A stretch of 64,000 nt of DNA. It comes from an uncultured Chromatiales bacterium (GTDB lineage: Bacteria > Bacteroidota > Ignavibacteria > SZUA-365). The stretch lies in the NCBI GenBank assembly GCA_964371045.1, contig CAYJMN010000004.1, positions 59,794 through 123,793 of the forward strand. The letters run 5' to 3'. Shown one piece after another: positions 37,001 through 46,328 of the stretch. A program made the translations under genes and the position numbers. Under the pieces are notes generated by a model. The model was not told where the DNA came from and did not search any database. It was given only the letters and a program-made list of their open reading frames with translations. Position 1 is the stretch's first letter, and every line of letters begins with the position of its first letter.

Positions 37001-37080
37001 CGCAGCGGGAGGCGGGAGGTGCTCACAATTTTCACAGCGTGACTCATTGACAACATGTTCTCATAAAATACCGATATCAC
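34027..37080 (-). CDS. Paralogue 5 of 5 (1017 aa), the most divergent copy, with the same architecture
   Basis: vWA ...VSVALVFDASVSMAGSGNAGAKQAGHAFADLMDG...AVILLTDGADEASTRTPDDVIALASRHRIRVFTIGLG. CTD ...LVAYPEPAENMLHIELGGTGAQTVTLALYDVLGRAKVIHSG...GVYYLVALLGKSVLVKRVTKL. Its upstream region lacks the shared promoter module. Confidence 0.85.
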   Translation of the reverse strand: MISVFYENMLSMSHAVKIVSTSRLPLRPAQWILLLLVAFGSSAIAQPNLTFKRITVNGPTIELYSSISCDGNPAYHATLQHFRIFENGVEMAPSTLWCPDPIARCPVSVALVFDASVSMAGSGNAGAKQAGHAFADLMDGFVDEASVLWFSSVVTVMQSMTRDKTLLHSAVDVLPANGVTAAWDGAYAGLIEVINNGVNQCRAVILLTDGADEASTRTPDDVIALASRHRIRVFTIGLGMSIDATQLELIASSTGGKYYQTPNAGQLAAIYQEISTIMFLGWNECLITYHNGCADGTLRTVVLELKDFCGGSDAKFKTFRAPLDSSTFSTLHMELGSSVNGRGTNATIPLRLITPVNDAMFFPFRFTLEFDTALVELQHATTDPTHLLRGVPISWTPTASGATIQTAAPTLLSGSGTLMELNFRTKTSADSACTELKPVAASFEQGCFMPVIADGRICIQPDTPIITCEISGPSELLWMRGMRNYYPNPFTIGAHFSNTGDAEALQPRYRITYDSADVTLYSPKTDTKGGSTGVIATNSVEYVSWYIRAVHRSAGDTTRICITASFDNHPDVVCCQQVYIPMMEPLLDCQLFAPPITADSANLRYTPMPFTVTLAATNLGPSPTDSVWATIDVPMDLDLAGPDAPDSYTKLLFPATMAPLETASVSWQLQHPRSNTDREYLVSVLLNTANADSTRCSIGITIPGLPVSTFAFTLTALGPMVFCEGDSVVLDAGAGYTSYRWSDGSRDRLLTVKQRGNYFCKVEHGDGSIGFSDTVRVTVTWNPTPRIAVNGSIPMCEYDSVRLDAGGGYTSYLWNTGATEQVITVHSVGAYFVRVRSNYDCEGYSDTVLVTTKPIPSKPRIRRNLDWLIAESDIGGFYWYRDGVLLPDSGYGSIKLRETGRYQLRLRSMNGCSAMSDPFDVTVLDAEEVPPVADPAVLVAYPEPAENMLHIELGGTGAQTVTLALYDVLGRAKVIHSGVLEDGAAVFTHSLHGREAGVYYLVALLGKSVLVKRVTKL

Positions 37081-37395
37081 ATCATATTATCCATTAGAAT
37101 TTCCATCGCCCCGCATCGACGCCCGGTACGGTTCATCTGTGCTTCCGGTCGGTGACGCTTCGGGATGGTGGAGCCGGATGCCTGTTCCTGGAATATGTAC
37201 GTGCCGGCAAATCTGCACCGAAGGCCTCTATAAATAAACCGTGAAGACCCGGAAAGTTACAGCTGCGATTCCGCACGCTGACATAAATGATATTATGGTA
37301 AAAAAACGCCCTTGACTTTTCGCATCCTGTTCCGTACGTTTCATGATACAGGATAGGCAAGTCCTTAGTAACACCATCCGAGGAAAGGAGGCCGT

Positions 37396-40300
37396 ATGCG
37401 TTTTATCAGCGGGATTCTTCTGCTGTTTTGCATTTCATTCGCCGCATTCGCACAAAACAAGGGAACCGAGAGGCCGAACGAAATTCTTACCAATGACTTC
37501 TACGACTTCATCAACATCAACCGCATACTGATGTGGCTCGGCAACAATGGAGCGTTGTCACACAGTCCCATCACCGCTGGGTCCGGGTTGGAATGGCCGG
37601 CCGGCAGCGGGAAGAATCTCGTTTTCTGCGAAGGTCTTATCATCGGTGGCCTCCTGGATGGCGAACCGCATATCTCCGGATCGACGTACAGGCACGGTCT
37701 GCAGGCGGGAAGCATCCTCCCGAACGGCACATCCGACGATCCCAACGCGACCCGCAACAGGATTTACCGGGCGCATCGGTATGATGCGGCCTGGCTGAAT
37801 CAGCTCCCCGTCAACGAAAAGGCGCGCATCCTGACTGATCTGCGCGATTGGCCTGTACAGCAAGGCGCACCCTGGATCGATGCGAACGGCAATGGGGGCT
37901 ACGATCCCGATCCGGACGCTTGGGCCAGGGGAGAGTTGTCCGATACGCCGCTGCTCCCCGGAGACGACGTCTTCTGGTTCGTCAGCAACGATATGGACCA
38001 GAGAAGAAGCGCCGAATTGTACGGGACCATTCCGATGGGGCTGGAATTTCAGACGATGGTGTGGGCGTCGTCGGGACACCCATTGCTCGAGAACGTGGTG
38101 TTCCGCGAGCATACCATCATCCATAAAGGGCCTTCCAGAGTCAACGAATTGCGTATCGGCGCCTGGGAGGATGCGGATCTCGGCGATGCCTTTGATGACC
38201 TCTGCGGCGTGGACACGACGCTCGGGCTCACATTCGCATACAATGGCTATGGCCATGACTGGTTGTACCCTGTTCCGCCCGTTACCGGCATTCTCTGGCT
38301 GCAGACGCCCGTAGTGCCCGAGCCCGGATCAACCGCCCGATTTGGACAAGGAATCCGCCCGGACTATGCAAACATTCCGCTGTCCGCCTACGTGCATTAT
38401 ATCAATGGCGATCAGGTGTACCAGGATCCATATCTGGGTAGTTCGGTGGGAGCGTGGCAAATGATGAATTATCTCACGGGATACCTGCACGACGGAAATC
38501 CGATGATCGATCCTCTGACGAACCTTGAAACAAGATTCACATTGGCAGGAGATCCAGTGCTGGGAACCGGTTGGGTGGACGGCGTGGCCAGCCCACCGGG
38601 CGACCGCAGGCAGCTTTCGGGCTGCGGTCCCTTTACACTAGCGCCAGGCGATACCCAGAAAGTGGTATTCGCAAGACTCGTTGCAAGCGACGGCAATAAT
38701 CTGCTTGGGGTACGTGCGCTGAAGAATACTGCCCGCCAGTTGCGGGACATGTACCGACATCTGCCGATGGGGTCTGCGCCGCCGCTGTTCTCATCCGCAA
38801 TCGCTCATCCGTCAGCGAGCAGCTACGAACTGCGCGTCAGCGGCGGACCCTTCCCTTCGGGAACGACGAAGGTGGAGGGTGTGCTGCGCAGTGCGGGCGG
38901 CGCGGAAATGCAGCGCATCGCGCTCGCCGATGATGGATCCTCAGGAGATGGCAGCGCAGGTGACGGAGTTTACGGCGGCATGCTCAATGGCAACGCCCTG
39001 GCTGAAGGGGCTGATCTTGTCGTGCTGACTACCGATGCCGACGGTGTGAAAGACTGGTTCGTCGACAGCGAAATTCCCTTGCCGGGAAAGGTGCGTGTGC
39101 AACTGACGGATGTGTTCTCCGACAGTCCCAATTTCGACAGGCACGTCAATCCCGGAGACAATGTGCGGATCGGTCTGCGCATTGAAAACCGGACATCCGC
39201 TGCTATGGGACCATGGCATCTTTTTATTCGCGACGACAGCACGGGAATCGCAGACCAATCCGTCAGGCGCCTGTGGACGAGCACCCCTGCCGGTCAGAGT
39301 CTCGAACCAGTGTATGATCAAGCCGACCCGAGTACCTATTTCTCGTTCACCATTCCGCCAAACACGGCAGCCGGCACGATTCTCACGATCCCGGTCACAT
39401 TGATCTCGGCAACGCATTGCCTGTGGCAGGACACCCTGCGCATCACCGTGGAGGAACAGGTACTCCCGCTCACGAACGGACTGCTCGACCACGTCCAGGG
39501 CCGCGCCTATGGATCGCTCGGCTACAGCATCATCGACGCGAGCGCCCTTACGCTGCACGACTACCGCGTAAGCATCGAGGGCGAAGACTACGAGACAAAG
39601 ACCGTTCACGTCGAGAATATCACCCTCGGCACGACGATGTATCGAGGAGCCCCACTGCCCGGTCGCCCGATACACGGCGGGACACTCATAGACGGTTGGC
39701 TGCTCAATTTCGGCAACGCCGTCGACGGGCTGATCTATTGGGAGGATGGTTTCAAGCTTTGGAGCCCCACGCCGGTAGGTGGTGTCTTTTCCGAACCTTC
39801 GCGTGCCTGGTTCGGCATCTACGAGAATAATCTCATGATCGGCGAAGACTTCCTGTTCGGCAGCAAGCTCAACGCCTACGATATTTTTCCTGTGCAGCTC
39901 GTGTTCGACCGTAGCAACGGACAGAAAGCTATGTGCTATCTGCGCGGCGGTAGCCCCACCTACGGTTATCAGGGATACTTCGACGTTCCTGTCCGGGCAT
40001 ACGACGTGAGCGATCCCTCCCAGCCGCGGCAGCTCATGCTCGGATTCAGCGAGCAGCGCAGCCGAGCGTCGAACGACAACGTCTGGATGCCAACGAAGGA
40101 TCCGAACGACAGGGAGATTCTCTACGTCTTCGCCGACGACTACGCCGACAATGCTGAGGCGAAATTCCAGCAGCCGATCAACACAGAGGCTGTGAATCTC
40201 GATCTGTTGTATTGCGTGTGGGCGATGCGTAACGATAGCATCCCCATGTTCGAGGACGGCGACACATACACAATCTCCACCTACGTGCCGGTCAGCAAGC

Positions 40301-40647
40301 GCGACGTCTACATTCTTTCAAAACCGCGCACGCTCGCCGTGGAGCACTCTCCCACGCATCCCGCGGCGATCACGCTGTACCCGAACTATCCTAATCCGTT
40401 CGGAGCGGGAAGTGCGAGCGGGAGCAGCCGCACCACAATCAGCTTCGATCTGCCGGACGAGTCCACCATCCGCCTCGCCGTCTACGACATCCTCGGACGC
40501 GAGGTCGCAGTATTGGCGCAGGGTGTGCATGCGCCAGGAACATATCGGGCGCAGCTGGATGGAGCTGCCCTGCCCAACGGTCTGTATTACTGCCGTCTGG
40601 AAGCGGGAGCTGCGCAAATGACAAGGTGCATACTGCTGCTTCGCTGA
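37396..40647 (+). CDS. Large secreted T9SS cargo protein (1083 aa), function unknown
   Basis: Signal peptide MRFISGILLLFCISFAAFAQ. The C-terminus ...LYPNYPNPFGAGSASGSSRTTISFDLPDESTIRLAVYDILGREVAVLAQG...GLYYCRLEAGAAQMTRCILLLR is a T9SS CTD. Confidence 0.85.
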   Translation: MRFISGILLLFCISFAAFAQNKGTERPNEILTNDFYDFININRILMWLGNNGALSHSPITAGSGLEWPAGSGKNLVFCEGLIIGGLLDGEPHISGSTYRHGLQAGSILPNGTSDDPNATRNRIYRAHRYDAAWLNQLPVNEKARILTDLRDWPVQQGAPWIDANGNGGYDPDPDAWARGELSDTPLLPGDDVFWFVSNDMDQRRSAELYGTIPMGLEFQTMVWASSGHPLLENVVFREHTIIHKGPSRVNELRIGAWEDADLGDAFDDLCGVDTTLGLTFAYNGYGHDWLYPVPPVTGILWLQTPVVPEPGSTARFGQGIRPDYANIPLSAYVHYINGDQVYQDPYLGSSVGAWQMMNYLTGYLHDGNPMIDPLTNLETRFTLAGDPVLGTGWVDGVASPPGDRRQLSGCGPFTLAPGDTQKVVFARLVASDGNNLLGVRALKNTARQLRDMYRHLPMGSAPPLFSSAIAHPSASSYELRVSGGPFPSGTTKVEGVLRSAGGAEMQRIALADDGSSGDGSAGDGVYGGMLNGNALAEGADLVVLTTDADGVKDWFVDSEIPLPGKVRVQLTDVFSDSPNFDRHVNPGDNVRIGLRIENRTSAAMGPWHLFIRDDSTGIADQSVRRLWTSTPAGQSLEPVYDQADPSTYFSFTIPPNTAAGTILTIPVTLISATHCLWQDTLRITVEEQVLPLTNGLLDHVQGRAYGSLGYSIIDASALTLHDYRVSIEGEDYETKTVHVENITLGTTMYRGAPLPGRPIHGGTLIDGWLLNFGNAVDGLIYWEDGFKLWSPTPVGGVFSEPSRAWFGIYENNLMIGEDFLFGSKLNAYDIFPVQLVFDRSNGQKAMCYLRGGSPTYGYQGYFDVPVRAYDVSDPSQPRQLMLGFSEQRSRASNDNVWMPTKDPNDREILYVFADDYADNAEAKFQQPINTEAVNLDLLYCVWAMRNDSIPMFEDGDTYTISTYVPVSKRDVYILSKPRTLAVEHSPTHPAAITLYPNYPNPFGAGSASGSSRTTISFDLPDESTIRLAVYDILGREVAVLAQGVHAPGTYRAQLDGAALPNGLYYCRLEAGAAQMTRCILLLR

Positions 40648-40788
40648 CGAACGGCGCAGCATGACCGCAGATGCAAGCGGGAAGCCATGACCACGGGCGG
40701 GGGTTTGCCCCGCCCGTGGTTTTTGCTACACGGAGAGATGAGAACATGCCTGAAAGAACTGCTGCTTCGCGGTAAGGGACAGCAGACC

Positions 40789-42459
40789 TTATCTGGTCAC
40801 GAGCATCGCCTTTGTCTCCATCCCTCGACCCATGCGCAGCTGATACATATACAGTCCCGCCGCCGGAAGTTGTGACGCATGGATGCGGATGTGATTCACG
40901 CCCCGCAGGCGATCCGAGAGATCGAGCACTTCCCGGCCGAGAAGGTCGTACACGTTCAGGGAGGCAGTGGATATCCGGTCCGCGAATTCCGGATCACTTC
41001 TCCAATAATCCGGGCGCAAATCCGCGCTACGTTTATCGTACTCCTTTATCCGGAATTCGATGGTCGTGTATTCCGAAAAAGGATTCGGGTAGTTTTGATC
41101 CAACCGCAGCTCGTCGGGTGTATATACCGTGGGACCGTCGACTGGAGTGGAATCCGTCCGTTCGAACGCGCCGATGTCTATCCCGGCTCCCGAAGGTCTG
41201 GCTTTTCCGTCGTAATCTTCCGCCGGTGCCGAGAGCGGCGAACCGGCGTCGATTGCGGGTGAAGCACTTCGCAGATGAAAATCGAATACCATCGGGTCCG
41301 CGAAGAACGGATCGGCTTCCACGAAATCATGACCCCGCACCTCGAATTCCTCGTCCCTGAAACCGTCGATCAGATTATGATCGACGATAACGTTCGATTG
41401 CAGCGCAGCGGTATCGACCACGATCTGAAAGGACAGGTTCTGGCTGCAGATATTGTTCCGGATAATCAGCCCCTCCAGATCCGGATTATTCTGAATGCCG
41501 ATCCCTCCGCCCCAACCGCTCACGCCGTTACCGAACAGCGTGTTGTTGACGATGAGAACGTTCCTGACAGGATGGTGCAAAGGACCCGGACAGCAGCTGG
41601 AAACGCCCAGGCCGTCGAAGCTGTTGTCGTATGAGATATTGTTGAAGACGCGCACGTTTTCGAGCTGGCCGCCCTGTTCCGACGCCAGCATGATGCCGTT
41701 CTTCTGTGCGATGTCGTGCACAAGGTTTCCGTAAACGTCAATATTGAAAGTGTGTTTATCCCACGCATCGACATAGATGCCCACATGATCGGAATGGTGT
41801 ACGTGATTCCTCAATGCTGCGCCATTGGAGGCCCCGTCCTTGAGGCAGATTCCTTCCTTCCTGCAATCGAGCACAATGTTGTCACGGACGAGAAAGGAGT
41901 CTGTCCCGGCCACGGAGATGCACTCCTGGTCACCGTTTGTGCATGCCAGCTCCACCGTGTTGCCGCTGATGAGAATGTGTGAACTGCTCCAGACCCCGAT
42001 GCCGGATGAACCGGTATTGGAGACGGAATTTCCTTCAATGATGATATTGCTTGTGCCGTCCGCGAGTATGCCAGCCTCATTGGAGTTCACCACGCGCAGA
42101 CCGGAGATCCGTATGTACTGTCGGCCCGCGAGATCGACAAGTCCGCTGTATTGGGGGACGGTGATGTTCGCGCCGTCGATTGTCGCGGCAGCGCCGGGGT
42201 ACGTCGCATACGTGATATACATGTCCGCGGTGCCCGAATTCAGGGGAAGCAGGCGTTCTTCGTACACTCCGTCCATGATGAACACCGTATCGCCGGCGGT
42301 CGCTGTGGATGCCGCTCTCGCCAGCGTCTGCCAGGGTTGCTCCTGGCTACCGGCATTGCCGTCGTCGCCGTCGGGAGCAACGTAGTAGCTCTGTCCGAGC
42401 GCAGTTTCGATGGTCGCGAAAATACACCAGGGCAGGAATAGCGCCAAAACCGTTTTCAT
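40789..42459 (-). CDS. Right-handed parallel beta-helix (pectin-lyase-fold) protein with a T9SS CTD, 556 aa
   Basis: Signal peptide, then SYYVAPDGDDGNAGSQEQPWQTLARA (the usual beta-helix N-cap). Repeated NxxxxN/G-rich coils (…IEGNSVSNTGSSGIGVW…ISGNTVE…VRDNIVLD…). The C-terminus is LDQNYPNPFSEYTTIEF...GLYMYQLRMG.... Confidence 0.85.
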   Translation of the reverse strand: MKTVLALFLPWCIFATIETALGQSYYVAPDGDDGNAGSQEQPWQTLARAASTATAGDTVFIMDGVYEERLLPLNSGTADMYITYATYPGAAATIDGANITVPQYSGLVDLAGRQYIRISGLRVVNSNEAGILADGTSNIIIEGNSVSNTGSSGIGVWSSSHILISGNTVELACTNGDQECISVAGTDSFLVRDNIVLDCRKEGICLKDGASNGAALRNHVHHSDHVGIYVDAWDKHTFNIDVYGNLVHDIAQKNGIMLASEQGGQLENVRVFNNISYDNSFDGLGVSSCCPGPLHHPVRNVLIVNNTLFGNGVSGWGGGIGIQNNPDLEGLIIRNNICSQNLSFQIVVDTAALQSNVIVDHNLIDGFRDEEFEVRGHDFVEADPFFADPMVFDFHLRSASPAIDAGSPLSAPAEDYDGKARPSGAGIDIGAFERTDSTPVDGPTVYTPDELRLDQNYPNPFSEYTTIEFRIKEYDKRSADLRPDYWRSDPEFADRISTASLNVYDLLGREVLDLSDRLRGVNHIRIHASQLPAAGLYMYQLRMGRGMETKAMLVTR

Positions 42460-42611
42460 GCCTCACGCTCCGTGTATTTATCGGGTAACTAAGTTGTTAC
42501 ATGTCACGGTATGTTTTTTTCGACCGATCCTCGGAGAAGCCAAACAGTTGGAATGAGCAGTAATCTGCGCTGCCGCTTCGCGTAATGCGCCTTCACGAAC
42601 GGAATGGCAGT

Positions 42612-44441
42612 TCAGATGTTGACTACCAATCCGTACAGGACACAAATACGGAGATTCATCGGTTTCAGCTTGTCGTCGTCCCGCTTCAACCTCAGCATCG
42701 AGATGTAGACTTTGATCCTGTAAGCGGACACCGAATCTCCGACAGCCATGAATTCCGGAGGAATGTTCTCGGCACTTCTGTCGTGATACCGGCGCACAAG
42801 ACTGTCGATAACCGGGGTGAGTGGAATATCGATGGAATCGATCACCTGTCCGGGCTGCGAGCGAACGAAAGTCAGAGTGTCGAGCGAGGGATTCAAGTGA
42901 TATGACGCTGTACCGGATATGACCGTTCGCGTCGGACTTTCGAGGAAGAAGTATCGCTCCGGGAACATGCGGTCATAGCCGGTAACGATCATCGCGTCCT
43001 CCTCCGATGCCTCGAAGGAGAGCTGATCGTCGGACTGCGACAGCCTGACCGCGACGTATTCCACACCGATGTCGGCGGCGATAGATGATGCGTCTCTCCA
43101 TTCGGTCCGGGCGCCGAGAGAATCCTCCCGGAGTGTTCCGGAAAACCATGACTGAATTTCTCCATATCCATGCACGTCATGCAGATACTCCAACGCGGCG
43201 CTGATTTCCCTTGCAGCCTCGAATGGCACGGGATCCGCGGATTTATGCGCTTTGCCATTGACGAGGATCCCATGCGTTTTCAGCAGCGTCTCCAGACGGT
43301 TCACCTGGCTGTTTTCCGAAATTGCGAACGCCCCCCATGGACCCACCGTGATGAGAAGCGTGATGACGCATAGCGTGATCGGGATGGCCTTGATGCTTTT
43401 TCCGCGGCTGAAAAGGAAATACAGCACCATCACCGCGAGCCAGGCACCTGCGACGACGGCGATGTAGCGGCCTTCCGTCATGCCATAATCGGACAGCCGC
43501 CTGAGCACGGCGAGAAAGTACACAAGCACGAGCGGCGCCAGAAAGATGTAAAACCACCGCGATGCGAGCCGTATCCATCGGTTCCCGCTGTCCTCCCGGA
43601 TGGGATGCAACAGCAGCAGCGCGAGCATCCCGGCCGCCGCGAAGCCGAGAATGAGACGTGCCGTCCAACCATGGGGCCAGGTCCAGGTCAGGATTATTTT
43701 CCCGGTGTATGCCGTCAGAATGACAAGATAGATGAGCACCAGGGGGAACAGCACATACTGCGTGAATATTTTGAGTCCTTTCGGATATTCCGTCATCGTG
43801 TCCAGCGCGTCAAGATCCTCAGGGATTCCTGCGAGGAAAAACCAGGTGGTCAGCATGCCGACCAGCAGGATCCACAGCTGGAAATATCTCTTCCCGGGAA
43901 CTGTCACATCGAACAGGTTTTCCACTGCCGCGAGGGCGATGGCAAGTCCGGCGAATAACACCAGCGTGAACAGCCCCGCAGTAATCATCCGCAGGAGAAG
44001 GGTTTTGTTGAAGTGCCAGAAGCCGTTGACCTGTCCGCGGCCCAGCCAAGGCGCGATTGCGACAAAAAGATGCAGTGCTCCGGCGAGCATCACGAAACGG
44101 ATCACATGGATTTCCGGGGCGAGGGTGATATTCGCGGGCAGCGAAAAACCGTACGCTCCGAGCAGCAGCACACCAAATCCTTGCAGGAAAAGAGAGCGGC
44201 TTGTGCTCCATCCGCGCTTCGCGGTGAACAGCGCCAACGCTGTCAGGAAAGGAATGCCAAGTATAGCGGCGAGCAGCACACGGAACGCCCAGGCAGGTTC
44301 TGTACCCGCTTCGCTGTCGGCAAGGAGGAGAGCGGCTGCGGTACCCGCGGCGGCCGCGAAGAGTACGAACGGGAATCTGTTCAGTGTGCGCGCGGAATCA
44401 CGCGCGATCTGTTCAAAAGAAGGAAGACGCATGTCGTGCAC
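42612..44441 (-). CDS. Multi-pass inner-membrane protein (609 aa), possibly DUF4153-like
   Basis: About 12 hydrophobic segments in the N-terminal 400 aa followed by a soluble C-terminal domain. I make the family call from memory of the architecture only. Confidence 0.7.
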   Translation of the reverse strand: MHDMRLPSFEQIARDSARTLNRFPFVLFAAAAGTAAALLLADSEAGTEPAWAFRVLLAAILGIPFLTALALFTAKRGWSTSRSLFLQGFGVLLLGAYGFSLPANITLAPEIHVIRFVMLAGALHLFVAIAPWLGRGQVNGFWHFNKTLLLRMITAGLFTLVLFAGLAIALAAVENLFDVTVPGKRYFQLWILLVGMLTTWFFLAGIPEDLDALDTMTEYPKGLKIFTQYVLFPLVLIYLVILTAYTGKIILTWTWPHGWTARLILGFAAAGMLALLLLHPIREDSGNRWIRLASRWFYIFLAPLVLVYFLAVLRRLSDYGMTEGRYIAVVAGAWLAVMVLYFLFSRGKSIKAIPITLCVITLLITVGPWGAFAISENSQVNRLETLLKTHGILVNGKAHKSADPVPFEAAREISAALEYLHDVHGYGEIQSWFSGTLREDSLGARTEWRDASSIAADIGVEYVAVRLSQSDDQLSFEASEEDAMIVTGYDRMFPERYFFLESPTRTVISGTASYHLNPSLDTLTFVRSQPGQVIDSIDIPLTPVIDSLVRRYHDRSAENIPPEFMAVGDSVSAYRIKVYISMLRLKRDDDKLKPMNLRICVLYGLVVNI

Positions 44442-44680
44442 CCCTCATCGGATGCGAAGGTCAAAAATAATACACAGAGTTGCTACGGGAGTCATGAGAG
44501 CAAGGAACATTGGCGCGTTGAGTCTGGAGTATCCGCTAAATGTCGGCGAGCAGGCGTCATCGTGAAGGAAACCGTCACACGCCCACGGGTCCACGAAAGC
44601 CTCCCCGTCCAACATCTGCCCTCCATCTCGGCGGGATGGCGAGGATGCTGTCGCACGTCTGCGGGTCACCGAATGCCTAC

Positions 44681-45349
44681 TCACCAGAGGACGCCCGCGC
44701 CAACCTGAACGGTTGTAGCGCGGTAGGAGCCGGTGTTTCGCCAGGTATATGCGAGATCGATAGTCAGTCGGGTGCCGGATGAAACAGGGAAGGCGTAGCC
44801 ACCGCCGGCAAGCAAGCCGAAACCGGTATTCTGCGCTGATTGAAACCGCAAGGTTCCCTCACTCGTGCTGACCTGGGTGTCGGACCACTGCATCGCCATA
44901 CCGGGATCAAGGCGAAGATACGGACCGTCACCGATCCCGGGCATCAGGAAGAACTGAAAGCTTGGTCCGATTTGCGCATAGTTCACGGTCGAACTCCAAC
45001 CATCACCCGAGTACGCATCAAAGAAACCCGTCACCGCGACGCCGAGCAGATGACGGCGCGAGAACACAGGCCAGTACAAGCCGACATCGAGAGCCGCGAT
45101 CATACTGCGATCCCCGCCTTCTCGTTTGATCTCCTCAATCTCGGAGGCAAGTGTGCTGGAATATTTTTCGAAAGGGAATCCCACTCCTGCGCGATAATAA
45201 TAGTTTTCATCCTCGAGGACCGACTGCGCAAAAATGAGACGAGGCAGAAGGAACAAGCACAAAACAACGATGCCGCATACGATCGATAGCCTGCGAGCGC
45301 AGGTGCTGCAAGTGCGATGTTTCGTCAGGTCGTTGACGGGAATAGACAT
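44681..45349 (-). CDS. Outer-membrane beta-barrel protein (222 aa)
   Basis: A signal-like N-terminus, alternating beta-strand pattern, and a C-terminal aromatic (…VGAGVLW). Confidence 0.65.
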   Translation of the reverse strand: MSIPVNDLTKHRTCSTCARRLSIVCGIVVLCLFLLPRLIFAQSVLEDENYYYRAGVGFPFEKYSSTLASEIEEIKREGGDRSMIAALDVGLYWPVFSRRHLLGVAVTGFFDAYSGDGWSSTVNYAQIGPSFQFFLMPGIGDGPYLRLDPGMAMQWSDTQVSTSEGTLRFQSAQNTGFGLLAGGGYAFPVSSGTRLTIDLAYTWRNTGSYRATTVQVGAGVLW

Positions 45350-45466
45350 AAGGCAGAAGCCGAAAATTGTACGCGAAAAATAATGTGCCTTCGATCAAAT
45401 GTCAAATGGATGCCAGGTCAGCGCACGACATGCGCGTTCGTCCCGGATTGACGGTGACGAACAGTT

Positions 45467-46231
45467 CTAGCGCGGGAAAGGAAATGAATCCGACACTTTC
45501 CAGGTATGCGTATCCATGCTGAATGGTCCATCCGGATAAATCCGCTTCAGCAGTATTTGCCGATGCCGATCCGGGAACGTGGTGCGGGAGTACATCGGAG
45601 GATCGGGAAAGCAGTATTCATTCTTTACGTGCCAGAGCGCGCGTTGAAAAAACAGATGCTTCGCCGTTTCGCGGTCGAACACGTTCATCGGACAACACCA
45701 CACCGGGATCCAGTCATATCCGGTCCCGATATCCACAGGTGACTGATCGTATGGTACCGTGCAGTACAAGTGCATATTTGGTCCGAGAATGATTGAAAGA
45801 TCCAGCGGGTAATGATCGTTATGATCCCATTTGTCCGCCCAGAGCAGGTTGGCGAAGGGCTCCGGAATAAGCGGCGATGCTTTCATGATTTCGAGCATTT
45901 CTTCAGCTTCCGCCGCGGTGAGCATCTGTACGTCTTCGAGCGGGTTGCCCTCCCGAAGAAGAAACGCCCTGATCAGTAGCTGACACGCGAGCCGGTTCTC
46001 GGATTCGTCCTTGCATTGAAGAGAGTTGAAAACCTCGGCTGCTTCATCATACATGCGCATGCGGAAGTACGACAATGACAGATAGTAGCGCGTCCGGCAG
46101 TTGAGCGGATCGAGACGGAGAGAGTGTTCAAACACGGGGACGCATGCTGGATAGGCGCCGATGTTGAACATCAGGACGCCGTTGTGCATGTTGACGTCGA
46201 CGTTACTGGAGAGAGGTATGAGGGGAGACAT
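45467..46231 (-). CDS. Hypothetical protein (254 aa) with a TPR-like N-terminus
   Basis: A long ORF. AAGGAG lies 9 nt upstream of the ATG. The upstream region carries a 45-bp motif shared with the next gene. Confidence 0.65.
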   Translation of the reverse strand: MSPLIPLSSNVDVNMHNGVLMFNIGAYPACVPVFEHSLRLDPLNCRTRYYLSLSYFRMRMYDEAAEVFNSLQCKDESENRLACQLLIRAFLLREGNPLEDVQMLTAAEAEEMLEIMKASPLIPEPFANLLWADKWDHNDHYPLDLSIILGPNMHLYCTVPYDQSPVDIGTGYDWIPVWCCPMNVFDRETAKHLFFQRALWHVKNEYCFPDPPMYSRTTFPDRHRQILLKRIYPDGPFSMDTHTWKVSDSFPFPR

Positions 46232-46244
46232 GATGCACTCCTTT

Positions 46245-46290
46245 TTAGCTGTTTATGATTCGTGGCCGCAATAGGGATGAAATCGCCACG
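46245..46290 (-). promoter_or_regulatory. Shared upstream motif (copy 1) containing a GTGGC(G/C)-N17-GCCAC inverted repeat, in front of 45467-46231. Copy 2 lies at 47105-47150 in front of the L,D-transpeptidase gene
   Basis: The plus strand reads CCTTTTTAGCTGTTTATGATTCGTGGCCGCAATAGGGATGAAATCGCCAC at 46245. At 47105 it reads CGTTTTTAGCTGTTTGTTTTTCGTGGCCGCAATAGGGATCAAATCGCCAC, about 90% identical. Both sit 15-20 nt upstream of the respective ATG. Confidence 0.5.
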
Positions 46291-46328
46291 GGAGCGTATG
46301 CTCCGCTGAATGGGTCAGGTGAACATGG

